DNA of 64,000 nucleotides from an uncultured Christensenella sp. GTDB lineage: Bacteria > Bacillota > Clostridia > Christensenellales > Borkfalkiaceae. Below are positions 55,550-63,243 of the stretch, in pieces. The translations under genes and the position numbers were made by a program. The notes beneath the pieces are model-generated. The model was not told the origin of the DNA. It did no database searches and worked only from the letters and a program-made list of their open reading frames with translations. Numbering within the stretch: the stretch's first letter is position 1; each line of letters begins with the position of its first letter. The stretch lies in assembly GCA_910585685.1 (NCBI GenBank), contig CAJUEO010000003.1, positions 45,004 through 109,003 on the forward strand. The letters are read 5' to 3'.

Positions 55550-56374
55550 ATGCGTGAATTTACAGTTAAAGAAAAACTTAATTTAAAGGATTTTACCGAC
55601 GCCGTCTATCCGCAGGGCTCGTTTTGCTATGCAAGGCTATTGAAGGACAGGGACATAAAGGTAAACGGCAAACGCGTCGATAAAAACGTTAAGCTGGAAA
55701 TCGGGGATACCGTCACTTATTACACCACGAAGAAGCAGGAAGAGCTTAAAAGCCATTTGATAGCCTATGAGGACGAAAACGTATATATTGCGGACAAGTT
55801 GTCGGGAGTGAGCTTCGAGGGGCTGTACAGCGAAATTTCGGCGCATACGCAGCTGTTTGCAATACACAGGCTGGACAGAAATACGCAGGGGCTGATAATT
55901 TTTGCCAAGACACGTCAAGCCGAGCAAGAGCTGTTGCTTGCTTTTAAGCAGCATAAAATTAATAAAACCTATCTTGCGCTCTGTAAAAACAACTTTAAAG
56001 AGGATAAAAAGCTGCTGCGCGCCTATCTTAAAAAGGACGAAAAAGTTAGCTTTGTCAAAATTTTTCAAAACCCTCAACAGGGCGCGGAAGAGATTGTTAC
56101 GCTGTATGAGGTATTACAAAAATCAAGCGACGTTGCGCTTGTCAAAATAAAGCTATACACGGGCAGAACGCACCAGATAAGGGCGCACATGGCGTTTATC
56201 GGCTGTCCCGTTCTCGGGGACGGCAAGTACGGAGACAGCGCGCTCAACAAAAAATACGGCTTAAAGAGGCAGTGCCTTGTGGCTAAATTTTTAAGTTTCG
56301 AGCTGTCGGGCAGTCTTGCCTATTTAAACGATATGAAAATTCAGAGCGCGTTTGAGCCGTCAATTAAAAATTGA
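55550..56374 (+). CDS. RluA-family pseudouridine synthase
   Basis: HRLDRNTQGLIIFAK catalytic-Asp motif, TGRTHQIRAH, and an N-terminal S4-like region. Confidence 0.85.
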   Translation: MREFTVKEKLNLKDFTDAVYPQGSFCYARLLKDRDIKVNGKRVDKNVKLEIGDTVTYYTTKKQEELKSHLIAYEDENVYIADKLSGVSFEGLYSEISAHTQLFAIHRLDRNTQGLIIFAKTRQAEQELLLAFKQHKINKTYLALCKNNFKEDKKLLRAYLKKDEKVSFVKIFQNPQQGAEEIVTLYEVLQKSSDVALVKIKLYTGRTHQIRAHMAFIGCPVLGDGKYGDSALNKKYGLKRQCLVAKFLSFELSGSLAYLNDMKIQSAFEPSIKN

Positions 56375-56439
56375 GTGTTTTTAAAGCGTTGTTGAAGTTT
56401 ATAATTAATATATAAGAACATTTTTACAGGACGGGAAAT

Positions 56440-56748
56440 ATGCAACAGGTAAAACTTATTTCGGCGGACGAGAGGCTTGTTTTTGAGCTTTCGGGTGAAA
56501 TTGACGCCGCCACAAGCGAGGATTTTTACGCACAGGTTTCGGCGGCTTACAACCACGATAAAAAGGACGTGACGTTCGACTGCGCCGCGCTGTCTTTCAT
56601 AGACAGTACTACTTTGGGCACTTTTGTTAAAATTTTTAAGATGCTCAGACAGGACGGAAACAATATGCTGCTCGACAGAGTGCGCCCAAACGTAAAAAAG
56701 CTGTTTGACATCTGCGCGCTCAACACTATTATGGAGATAAGGTCATGA
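56440..56748 (+). CDS. STAS-domain anti-sigma-factor antagonist (SpoIIAA/RsbV-like)
   Basis: ELSGEIDAATSEDF...LSFIDSTTLG, including the conserved phosphorylatable Ser context. Confidence 0.8.
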   Translation: MQQVKLISADERLVFELSGEIDAATSEDFYAQVSAAYNHDKKDVTFDCAALSFIDSTTLGTFVKIFKMLRQDGNNMLLDRVRPNVKKLFDICALNTIMEIRS

Positions 56749-57089
56749 ACCAATTTACCGTAAAATTCAACCTTGCCGACAGCGAGTATATGACGGCTTT
56801 GCGGCTTGTCTGCGGCGCGATGGGAAGCGTTCACGAGCTGGATATCGACGCTTTAGAGGACTTTAAAGTCTGCGTTACCGAAAGCGCCATTATACTTAAA
56901 AACTGCGGCTTTGAAAGCCTTGTTGCCGCATTCTCGGGAGAGGGGGCGGCTTGCACGCTTTACGGTGAGGGCGGAGTTCCTCAAGAGGGGGACAACGAGT
57001 TTTCGCTTGCGCTGATTTCCGCACTTGTCGACGAGTGTGACATTGAGCGTAGCGGTGACGTTATAAAGAGAGTTACTATTAAGCTATGA
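56745..57089 (+). CDS. degenerate HATPase_c-like protein (SpoIIAB/RsbW-like pseudo-kinase)
   Basis: By eye it aligns to anti-sigma kinases (LEDFKVCVTESAIILKNCG versus EIKTVVSEAVTNAIIHG). It lacks the N-box Asn/His and the DxGxG box. 114 aa. Confidence 0.5.
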   Translation: MNQFTVKFNLADSEYMTALRLVCGAMGSVHELDIDALEDFKVCVTESAIILKNCGFESLVAAFSGEGAACTLYGEGGVPQEGDNEFSLALISALVDECDIERSGDVIKRVTIKL

Positions 57090-57817
57090 TGGATATAAAC
57101 GCGTCGGACGAGCTGTTCAGACAATACAAAATAACGCGCGACGTAGAGTTGCGCAACAAGCTTGTCGAAAATTATTTTTACATTGCCGAGATACTTGCCA
57201 AAAAGTTTTCGGGCAGAGGTGTGGAATACGACGATTTGTTGCAGGTCGCTTCGGAAGCGCTTATTTCGGGCGTTGAAAAATTCGACCCCGATATGGGCAA
57301 CCGCTTTACTTCATACATAACCCCGACTATTACGGGAATGATAAAAAATTATTTCCGCGACTTTTCGCGTTCCGTCAGAATACCGCGCAGAATTTATACG
57401 GTGGCGGCAAAGGTAAAAAATCAGATAAACGAGTACTATAAAATTCACGGCGTAAAGCCGACCGTAAGGCAGCTTGCGGAATCGCTCGGGCTGTCCGATG
57501 AACTCATTGTGGAGGCGCTTGAATGCCGCGCAACCGTAAGCCTTGACCAAAAGGTAACAGGTGACGACGGAGAAGCCGACACCGCGCTCAGCGATTTGAT
57601 TGCGTCCGACAAGGACAATTTCGAGGAGTTCGAGGACAGCGAGTCGTTAAAGACTGAAATTAGCAAGCTGGAGCCAATCGAGCAGCAGGTAATTGCACTG
57701 CGCTATTTGCAGGGGAAGTCGCAGACCGAGGTCGGTAAAATTCTCGGCGTAAGTCAGATGTTTGTGTCGCGTGCCGAGAGAAAGATATTTGAAAAATTAA
57801 AGGACGCGCTGTCATAA
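57086..57817 (+). CDS. group-3 sigma-70 factor, SigB/SigF/SigG family
   Basis: DDLLQVASEALISGVEKFD (region 2), SVRIPRRI (region 3), QTEVGKILGVSQMFVSRAERK (region 4.2). Closest by eye to SigB-type factors. Confidence 0.85.
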   Translation: MMDINASDELFRQYKITRDVELRNKLVENYFYIAEILAKKFSGRGVEYDDLLQVASEALISGVEKFDPDMGNRFTSYITPTITGMIKNYFRDFSRSVRIPRRIYTVAAKVKNQINEYYKIHGVKPTVRQLAESLGLSDELIVEALECRATVSLDQKVTGDDGEADTALSDLIASDKDNFEEFEDSESLKTEISKLEPIEQQVIALRYLQGKSQTEVGKILGVSQMFVSRAERKIFEKLKDALS

Positions 57818-58182
57818 TGTTTACTTTCAGAGTCGATGATTTAAGTAAAATGAACGAAAAGCTGCGCGCGTTTGCCGAGTTTTTGCGTTCGGAAAATATT
57901 GAGGACAACGACGTGTTTTTCTGCCGTCTGGTTTCGTGCGAGCTTATATCCAACGTAATCCGTCACGGCGGAGAGGCTGCGGAGTTTAACGGCGGCATAG
58001 GGGACGGCAAGGTTGTTATTACGGTCGTAGCTTCGAGTTTTGACGGCGTAAGCCTAATGTCTGAGTTGCCCGACGTGCTTGCCGAGAACGGCAGGGGTAT
58101 GTACATTGTCAGAAATATCTGTTCGGGAGAAGTTGAAAAGTTAAAAGGCGGCGTGCGCGTGACGTACAGGCTGAATAAATAA
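57817..58182 (+). CDS. short HATPase_c-type anti-sigma serine kinase-like protein
   Basis: CELISNVIRHG N-box and ENGRGMYIV G-box. 121 aa, shorter than my recollection of RsbW/SpoIIAB (about 145-160 aa). Confidence 0.6.
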   Translation: MFTFRVDDLSKMNEKLRAFAEFLRSENIEDNDVFFCRLVSCELISNVIRHGGEAAEFNGGIGDGKVVITVVASSFDGVSLMSELPDVLAENGRGMYIVRNICSGEVEKLKGGVRVTYRLNK

Positions 58183-58194
58183 TAGAATAAAGTT

Positions 58195-58228
58195 AAACGG
58201 CGCAGGGCTTGAAAGCCCTGCGCCGTTT
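58195..58228. terminator. bidirectional intrinsic terminator
   Basis: AAACGGCGCAGGGC-TTGAAA-GCCCTGCGCCGTTT. Confidence 0.85.
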
Positions 58229-58238
58229 AAAATATAAA

Positions 58239-58259
58239 CCCCCTTCCGTGAGGAAGGGG
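58239..58259. terminator. second hairpin between convergent genes
   Basis: CCCCTTCC-GTGA-GGAAGGGG. Confidence 0.55.
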
Positions 58260-58266
58260 ATATTTA

Positions 58267-59820
58267 TTACATCATATTAGCCTGTTTATAAAGCATATTC
58301 ATAAGTTCGTCCGAAACAAGGTCGCGTATTCTTGCATAGTAGATAAAGATAGAGGTAAAGAACTTTTCGTTTTTGCCGCCTACCGTGTAATCGGGAATGC
58401 AGGAAATAGGTCCGTTCTGACGTTCGAGGAATACTCTCGAAAACTCGACTTTCTGCTCGTTGGCAAGCGTGCGAATGAAGTCGTCGGTGGGTCCTTGGTA
58501 TATGATAGGTGTGTAAAGCCTTTCCGTATTTTCGACCGTGGGCGCCGCCTTTGTATCCGCAACGGGAACGGCCCTTGCAGGCTGTTCCTCTGCGTGAGGC
58601 TTCTTTTTCTTTTCGGGTTTTTCCGTTTTTTCCGCCGTAGGTTTTGCGGTTTCTTTCGACTTTTTAGCTTTTTTCTTGCCTGCTGCCTTAGCCTTCTTTT
58701 TGTCGAGAAGGGCTACGCGGAACACGTTGATTACATGTGAGATAAGAGCAAGTATAGCCGCAATAATTACAAAGTTGCCAAGCGCCACGCCTTCCGCAAA
58801 GAAGGTGGTAACAACTATTACAATCAACGCCGCGACTTCGAGGGAGTATCTTATTATATTTACCACAAGCATAAACTTGTTTGTCTTTTTGCCGAGACCC
58901 ATAAGGTCAAGCACAAGGTTCACAAATGCAAGATAGCCGAATACGACCGCCGCAAGTTCGAGCGTGATTATAGTAATTTCTCTGCCTTCGAACGCAAGCC
59001 CCGTTGTGAACAGCGAGTTGATAAGGCCGAGTACGTCGGCAGCATTTTCACCCGACGTGTACAGCGTGAGGTTGAGCCCCGACGCCATATCCGTGAGGAA
59101 GGGAAGCATAAACGGAATGCCGTAGATAAAAACAACGACGATTGCCGACATAAGCGCAAGTAAAAATTTTATTAAGCCAGAGCCGCCCTTGTAGAAAATA
59201 GCCTGCACAATCAACATCAAAAGCGTGCCGCCGAATGCGGAGATAAGTCCGTAATTTGTGAAATCGGCTATTGCTTTACCGTCGATAATGAATTGATTTA
59301 AAAGAATAATTACGAAGGTCGACAAAGTTGCTATCGCAAGCACTTCGATAAACGAAGCTGCTCTCAAAGCGACGTTTTTGTCCTTCTTGCCCTTTCCGCC
59401 GGAAGTTTCGTCCATTGTTTCGAGGTCGGCAGAAGCGTCCTTCGACTTTTTCTTGCCTTTTTTTCCGCTGAACGCGCTGACGCAGACGGGGATAAGCGCA
59501 ACCACTCCCGCAAGAGTGATAAGCGCGTAGAGTACTACAAGTATAGCGGCAAGATTAATTCCGCCCTCGGGCCATCCGGCAACGTTGAAGGGGAAATTGT
59601 AGGCAAAGTCGGGCGTGTTGAACATACCCTGCAAACCTGTTTCACCGATTTTCCAGATGCTGTCAATAGCTGCCGGAATCTGTAATCCGAGCATAGAGTC
59701 GGCCGCATTTGCAAAATCGGAGGGCAAAAACAGACCTAACAAAAGGCAGACAAGCGCGATAAAATAGGTTATCAACGCAAAAATTTTATTGGGCTTTTTA
59801 GATTTTTTCTCGCTTCCCAT
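58267..59820 (-). CDS. hypothetical polytopic membrane protein with Lys-rich linkers and a soluble C-terminal domain
   Basis: About 10 hydrophobic helices. Linkers KKGKKKSKD and KKKAKAAGKKKAKKSKETAKPTAEKTEKPEKKKKP. The C-terminal roughly 90 aa are non-membrane. Confidence 0.55.
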   Translation of the reverse strand: MGSEKKSKKPNKIFALITYFIALVCLLLGLFLPSDFANAADSMLGLQIPAAIDSIWKIGETGLQGMFNTPDFAYNFPFNVAGWPEGGINLAAILVVLYALITLAGVVALIPVCVSAFSGKKGKKKSKDASADLETMDETSGGKGKKDKNVALRAASFIEVLAIATLSTFVIILLNQFIIDGKAIADFTNYGLISAFGGTLLMLIVQAIFYKGGSGLIKFLLALMSAIVVVFIYGIPFMLPFLTDMASGLNLTLYTSGENAADVLGLINSLFTTGLAFEGREITIITLELAAVVFGYLAFVNLVLDLMGLGKKTNKFMLVVNIIRYSLEVAALIVIVVTTFFAEGVALGNFVIIAAILALISHVINVFRVALLDKKKAKAAGKKKAKKSKETAKPTAEKTEKPEKKKKPHAEEQPARAVPVADTKAAPTVENTERLYTPIIYQGPTDDFIRTLANEQKVEFSRVFLERQNGPISCIPDYTVGGKNEKFFTSIFIYYARIRDLVSDELMNMLYKQANMM

Positions 59821-60098
59821 AATGTGTTTCTCCGTTAAGCTTTAAAATTCCGTTCTAAACGAAATGTGTAGTTTGATACAAACAGTTATGTACTCTAACA
59901 TTTTATACCAAAAAGTATGATATGTCAAGGATAAATTTAACAAAATTATATAGTTGACAAAAATAAAACGTTTTAAAACGTTATAAACCGATAAAATTGT
60001 GAGTATAATCGTTTGTAAAGAGATTGTGCAATTCAAAGGCTTAATATTCCGCGTTTTTTTATCGGGATTGAGATATGCGACAAAAATAACAAAATCTA

Positions 60099-60127
60099 TT
60101 GCTTTCCTTTGAAAAGACTGTTATAAT
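60099..60127 (+). promoter_or_regulatory. promoter TTGCTT-17-TGtTATAAT
   Basis: -35 at 60099-60104 and -10 at 60122-60127 with an extended TG. The leader contains the hairpin ATTGCCG-TTG-CGGCAAT (60160-60176). Confidence 0.55.
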
Positions 60128-60197
60128 GGCGGTAAAGGCAGTTTTATTTGCCTGTATAAATTGCCGTTGCGGCAATATGTAAGGACGGTTAAAAATT

Positions 60198-60557
60198 TTG
60201 GAAAATATTCATAGGGTGCCTAATATGCCCGAGTTAAGCAGGTTTAAGGACGGCGACACCATAAATTTCGGGGAGGTAATAGCTACGCTTCCGAAGTCTG
60301 TTCGCGAGAAACTTGCAGAGGGTTTCGATATGAAGTGTTTTGCAAAAGTTTTCGAGGATACCGATATGATGCGCACCATAGACAGCTTTTTGGAAAACGG
60401 TATGAACGTATCGCAGGCGGCGCGCACGCTGTATATGCACAGGAATACGCTTATATACAGGCTGAACTCGGTAAAGCGGCTTACGGGGCTGGATTTGCGG
60501 AACTTTGAAATGGCTACTACTTTTATGTTATTACATTATTTATATTTATTAAAGTGA
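60198..60557 (+). CDS. small PucR/CdaR-type C-terminal HTH protein
   Basis: NVSQAARTLYMHRNTLIYRLNSVKRLTGLDL matches the PucR_C HTH pattern. TTG start with an AAGGACGG RBS; the ATG at 60225 is an alternative start. Confidence 0.65.
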   Translation: MENIHRVPNMPELSRFKDGDTINFGEVIATLPKSVREKLAEGFDMKCFAKVFEDTDMMRTIDSFLENGMNVSQAARTLYMHRNTLIYRLNSVKRLTGLDLRNFEMATTFMLLHYLYLLK

Positions 60558-60569
60558 GGTTAAAAATCC

Positions 60570-61922
60570 GTGAACGACAGCGAAAACAAAGTGTTTGACA
60601 ACGGCGGCAAAAAAGTTAAAATCATAGTCAGCGTAATTGTCGCTTTGATAATTGCGGTTTCGTCTTTTTTTATAGGTTTTTTCACCCATAAACTTACCCG
60701 TGACGAATATGTTTCTTCGGTGGAATGGGTAATGTCGATGATTGAAAAAAACTATTATTTTTCTGAGGATTTCGACAAGGAGGAAGCGAAAAATCTTTCC
60801 CTTAAAGCGCTTGTAAGCAAGCTGGACATATATTCCGAATATTACACGGCGGAAGAGTATCGAGCGGTAATGTCCGATAACGAAGGGGAAAAGAGCGGCA
60901 TAGGCATAACCTATCAGTTTCTCAAAGATAAGGGAGTTTTGCTTGTATCCGTTATGGGCAACTCCCCTGCCTGGATTTCCGGTCTTAGGTCGGGTGACAT
61001 ACTTACGGGCGGAATAGCCGACGGTGAGCTATATCCGTTCGACACGTCAGCCGCATTTACCGATTTTATAGTGGCGCAAAATCCGGGAGAGGAGTTTACC
61101 GTAACTACCGAACACGCCGAATATACTCTGTCGAGGGAGGTATATACAGCGAGTTACGCATATATGGCAACAGCCGACACCTCGTGGGAGTTTGTCACTT
61201 CGGGTGACGGCAAGGGGCTTGCCTTGGTCGAGAATCGCAGCGGAGCTATTCCGTATTTGCCCGACGGCGCGGCGTATATAAATCTTTCGCAGTTTTTCGG
61301 TACTATGGCGGACGAGTTCGGCGTGCTTATGTCGAAATTCAATGCCGAGCACTACACTACGATGTATCTCGATTTGAGAAACAACGGCGGAGGCTATGTT
61401 TCCGCAATGCAGGATATCGCAGGTTACTTTACCTCCTCGCTTTCAAGCAAAACTCACGTCGCAATGACGGCTAAGTACAGAAATGGTCGCAACGAAGTCT
61501 ACGACTGCGTAAAACATTCGGGCAGCAGTCTTGTTTCCAAGGATACAAAAATTTACGTTCTTGCCAACAGCGGTACTGCAAGCGCTTCCGAGGCGCTGAT
61601 AGGCGTGCTTGTCAGTTACGGGTTTGTGGACTACCGCGATATATTTGTTTCAAATTATTCGGACGACTATATGAAGTTTATAGGCGTGGGACAGAAAAAT
61701 GCGCAGACCTACGGCAAGGGTATAATGCAGTCGACTTATTATAATTATTATACGGGGGAGGCTGTCAAGCTGACTACCGCGCGCATCTATTGGCCGAACG
61801 ACAAGTGCATTCACGACGTGGCGCTGTCCGAAAGGGACGGGGTAACTCTGGTCGACGCAGACTGGATTGTGACGAGGGAGGATACCGAACTTCAACGCGT
61901 TGTGCAAATGACGACAAATTAA
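60570..61922 (+). CDS. S41-family C-terminal processing peptidase (Ctp-like) with an N-terminal TM anchor
   Basis: PDZ-like GLRSGDILTG, LDLRNNGGGYV, and NSGTASASEALIGVL (Ser nucleophile block). Confidence 0.8.
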   Translation: MNDSENKVFDNGGKKVKIIVSVIVALIIAVSSFFIGFFTHKLTRDEYVSSVEWVMSMIEKNYYFSEDFDKEEAKNLSLKALVSKLDIYSEYYTAEEYRAVMSDNEGEKSGIGITYQFLKDKGVLLVSVMGNSPAWISGLRSGDILTGGIADGELYPFDTSAAFTDFIVAQNPGEEFTVTTEHAEYTLSREVYTASYAYMATADTSWEFVTSGDGKGLALVENRSGAIPYLPDGAAYINLSQFFGTMADEFGVLMSKFNAEHYTTMYLDLRNNGGGYVSAMQDIAGYFTSSLSSKTHVAMTAKYRNGRNEVYDCVKHSGSSLVSKDTKIYVLANSGTASASEALIGVLVSYGFVDYRDIFVSNYSDDYMKFIGVGQKNAQTYGKGIMQSTYYNYYTGEAVKLTTARIYWPNDKCIHDVALSERDGVTLVDADWIVTREDTELQRVVQMTTN

Positions 61923-61933
61923 ATTATTAAATT

Positions 61934-61965
61934 AAACCGCCTTGCGATTTTGCAAGGCGGTTTTT
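61934..61965. terminator. bidirectional intrinsic terminator
   Basis: AAACCGCCTTGC-GATT-TTGCAAGGCGGTTT. Confidence 0.85.
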
Positions 61966-62164
61966 ATATGGGTTTTTTAACTGTCTTAATTCTGCGTGCC
62001 GAAAAAATTACGCACACCAAAAATCCTTCCTCGGTTCGGGTTACGTCAATCGACGCGTCGTCGTTTCTTTCAAAGTATTCGTCGGTCACGCGCTGTAAAT
62101 CCTTTAAAAACAAGCCGCGCTCGAACTCGGACATATCGTCCCTGTCTAATATTACTTTGTTCAT
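61964..62164 (-). CDS. MinE-like small protein lacking the N-terminal MinD-binding/membrane-targeting segment
   Basis: 66 aa. VILDRDDMSEFERGLFLKDLQRVTDEYFERNDDASIDVTRTEEGFLVCVIF aligns by eye to the MinE region IIVAERR...LRKDILEVICKYV...VTVQLEQKDGDISILELNV. ATGA overlap with the upstream MinD-like gene. The ORF-track start at 62299 is rejected. Confidence 0.5.
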   Translation of the reverse strand: MNKVILDRDDMSEFERGLFLKDLQRVTDEYFERNDDASIDVTRTEEGFLVCVIFSARRIKTVKKPI

Positions 62165-62892
62165 ACATGCTCCCTCAGTTTTCTCTTTAAATATCCTATA
62201 AGTCCCCTGTAATTTTTTAAAACGTCGTGCACGTCCTTGCTCTTGCCCGTCAGGTTTTCTGCGGCGGATTTGAACGCCGCAAGCGTGTTTGCTCTCCATC
62301 TTCCGACTGGCAGCGACAAGTCTTCGGGTATCGCGGCGGCAAGTTCTACGCGTATAAGGTTGGAAATTTCCTTTGCCGTCATACTTTCTCCGCTGAGTAT
62401 AAGCGCGGCGCTGAGTTTGTTTACTATAAGCTTAATATCTTTTACTCCGCTGTCCCAAAGCGCCGAGCGGCATACGTCCGCACTCTTTACGGAATAGGGG
62501 AATGGGTCGGTTACTATTACTGCACTGTCGCAAGTTTCGGGCGCAAATTTATCCAACAGCAGATAGTCGAACAGCCCCTCTAAATCTTCGACGGCTCTTT
62601 TTGCGTAAGCCTCGTCCTTTAAACCAAGCGAGGACATAAAGTGCAGGTTTGAAAATTTGGGGTGAGAAATTATTGTCTGTTTTGCTCGGCACGCACCCTT
62701 TTCGTAGTCGGACAGGGTGTACACAAGCATATCTCGCACGTCACCCATAATAAGTGCGTCCGCGCCCCGTCTGTCTCCGTCGCAGATAAGGGTGCGTTCC
62801 CCAAGTTCGGCAAGCGCGCGACCAACTCCCACGCAGCAGGTAGTGACGCCCGTGCCGCCTTTAAAGCTTGTAAAAAAAATCTTTTTAGCCAT
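62161..62892 (-). CDS. MinD/ParA-family protein with a degenerate deviant Walker A
   Basis: FTSFKGGTGVTT replaces the canonical SGKGGVGKTT (62839-62862). MinD-like blocks ICDGDRRGADALIMG and AVIVTDPFPYSVKSAD. DKFAPE replaces DCPAG. C-terminal amphipathic GLIGYLKRKLREHV. The ATG at 62892 is used. Confidence 0.65.
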   Translation of the reverse strand: MAKKIFFTSFKGGTGVTTCCVGVGRALAELGERTLICDGDRRGADALIMGDVRDMLVYTLSDYEKGACRAKQTIISHPKFSNLHFMSSLGLKDEAYAKRAVEDLEGLFDYLLLDKFAPETCDSAVIVTDPFPYSVKSADVCRSALWDSGVKDIKLIVNKLSAALILSGESMTAKEISNLIRVELAAAIPEDLSLPVGRWRANTLAAFKSAAENLTGKSKDVHDVLKNYRGLIGYLKRKLREHV

Positions 62893-62997
62893 AATTAAAA
62901 TTTTATACGCGCGCGAGGTGAAAAATTTCACTATTTGCGTCGAAAAAGCGCTAAGTTTGGGACGTATATAAGCACAAGTCAAATCATACCATATTAT

Positions 62998-63243
62998 ATG
63001 AAACTTCTCGAACAGATTTTAAACGAACTCGGCGCGGACACTTTAAAGTCGTTTACCGTTATACCTTCCTTCGGCGGATATTTTCAATGCGTAAGAAGCA
63101 TTGCCGAGTATTCTCCCCAAAAAATTTTGCTTGTGCTCAAAAAAACCGTTGTGACTATAGAGGGGGAAAAGCTCGAAATAGGCAAATATTTTGAACAGGA
63201 CATATTTATAAAGGGTAACATTAAGGTGATTAACGTTGACTGA
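62998..63243 (+). CDS. yqfC: YabP/YqfC-family sporulation protein
   Basis: 81 aa. VTIEGEKLEIGKYFEQDIFIKGNIKVI beta-rich pattern. Immediately followed by yqfD. Confidence 0.7.
   Translation: MKLLEQILNELGADTLKSFTVIPSFGGYFQCVRSIAEYSPQKILLVLKKTVVTIEGEKLEIGKYFEQDIFIKGNIKVINVD

Noticed and set aside
59842-60036. 64-aa minus-strand ORF in the AT-rich intergenic region
   Set aside because: It has an AT-rich, Ile/Leu/Asn/Tyr-biased translation and no RBS. It overlaps promoter-like elements. It is most likely non-coding.
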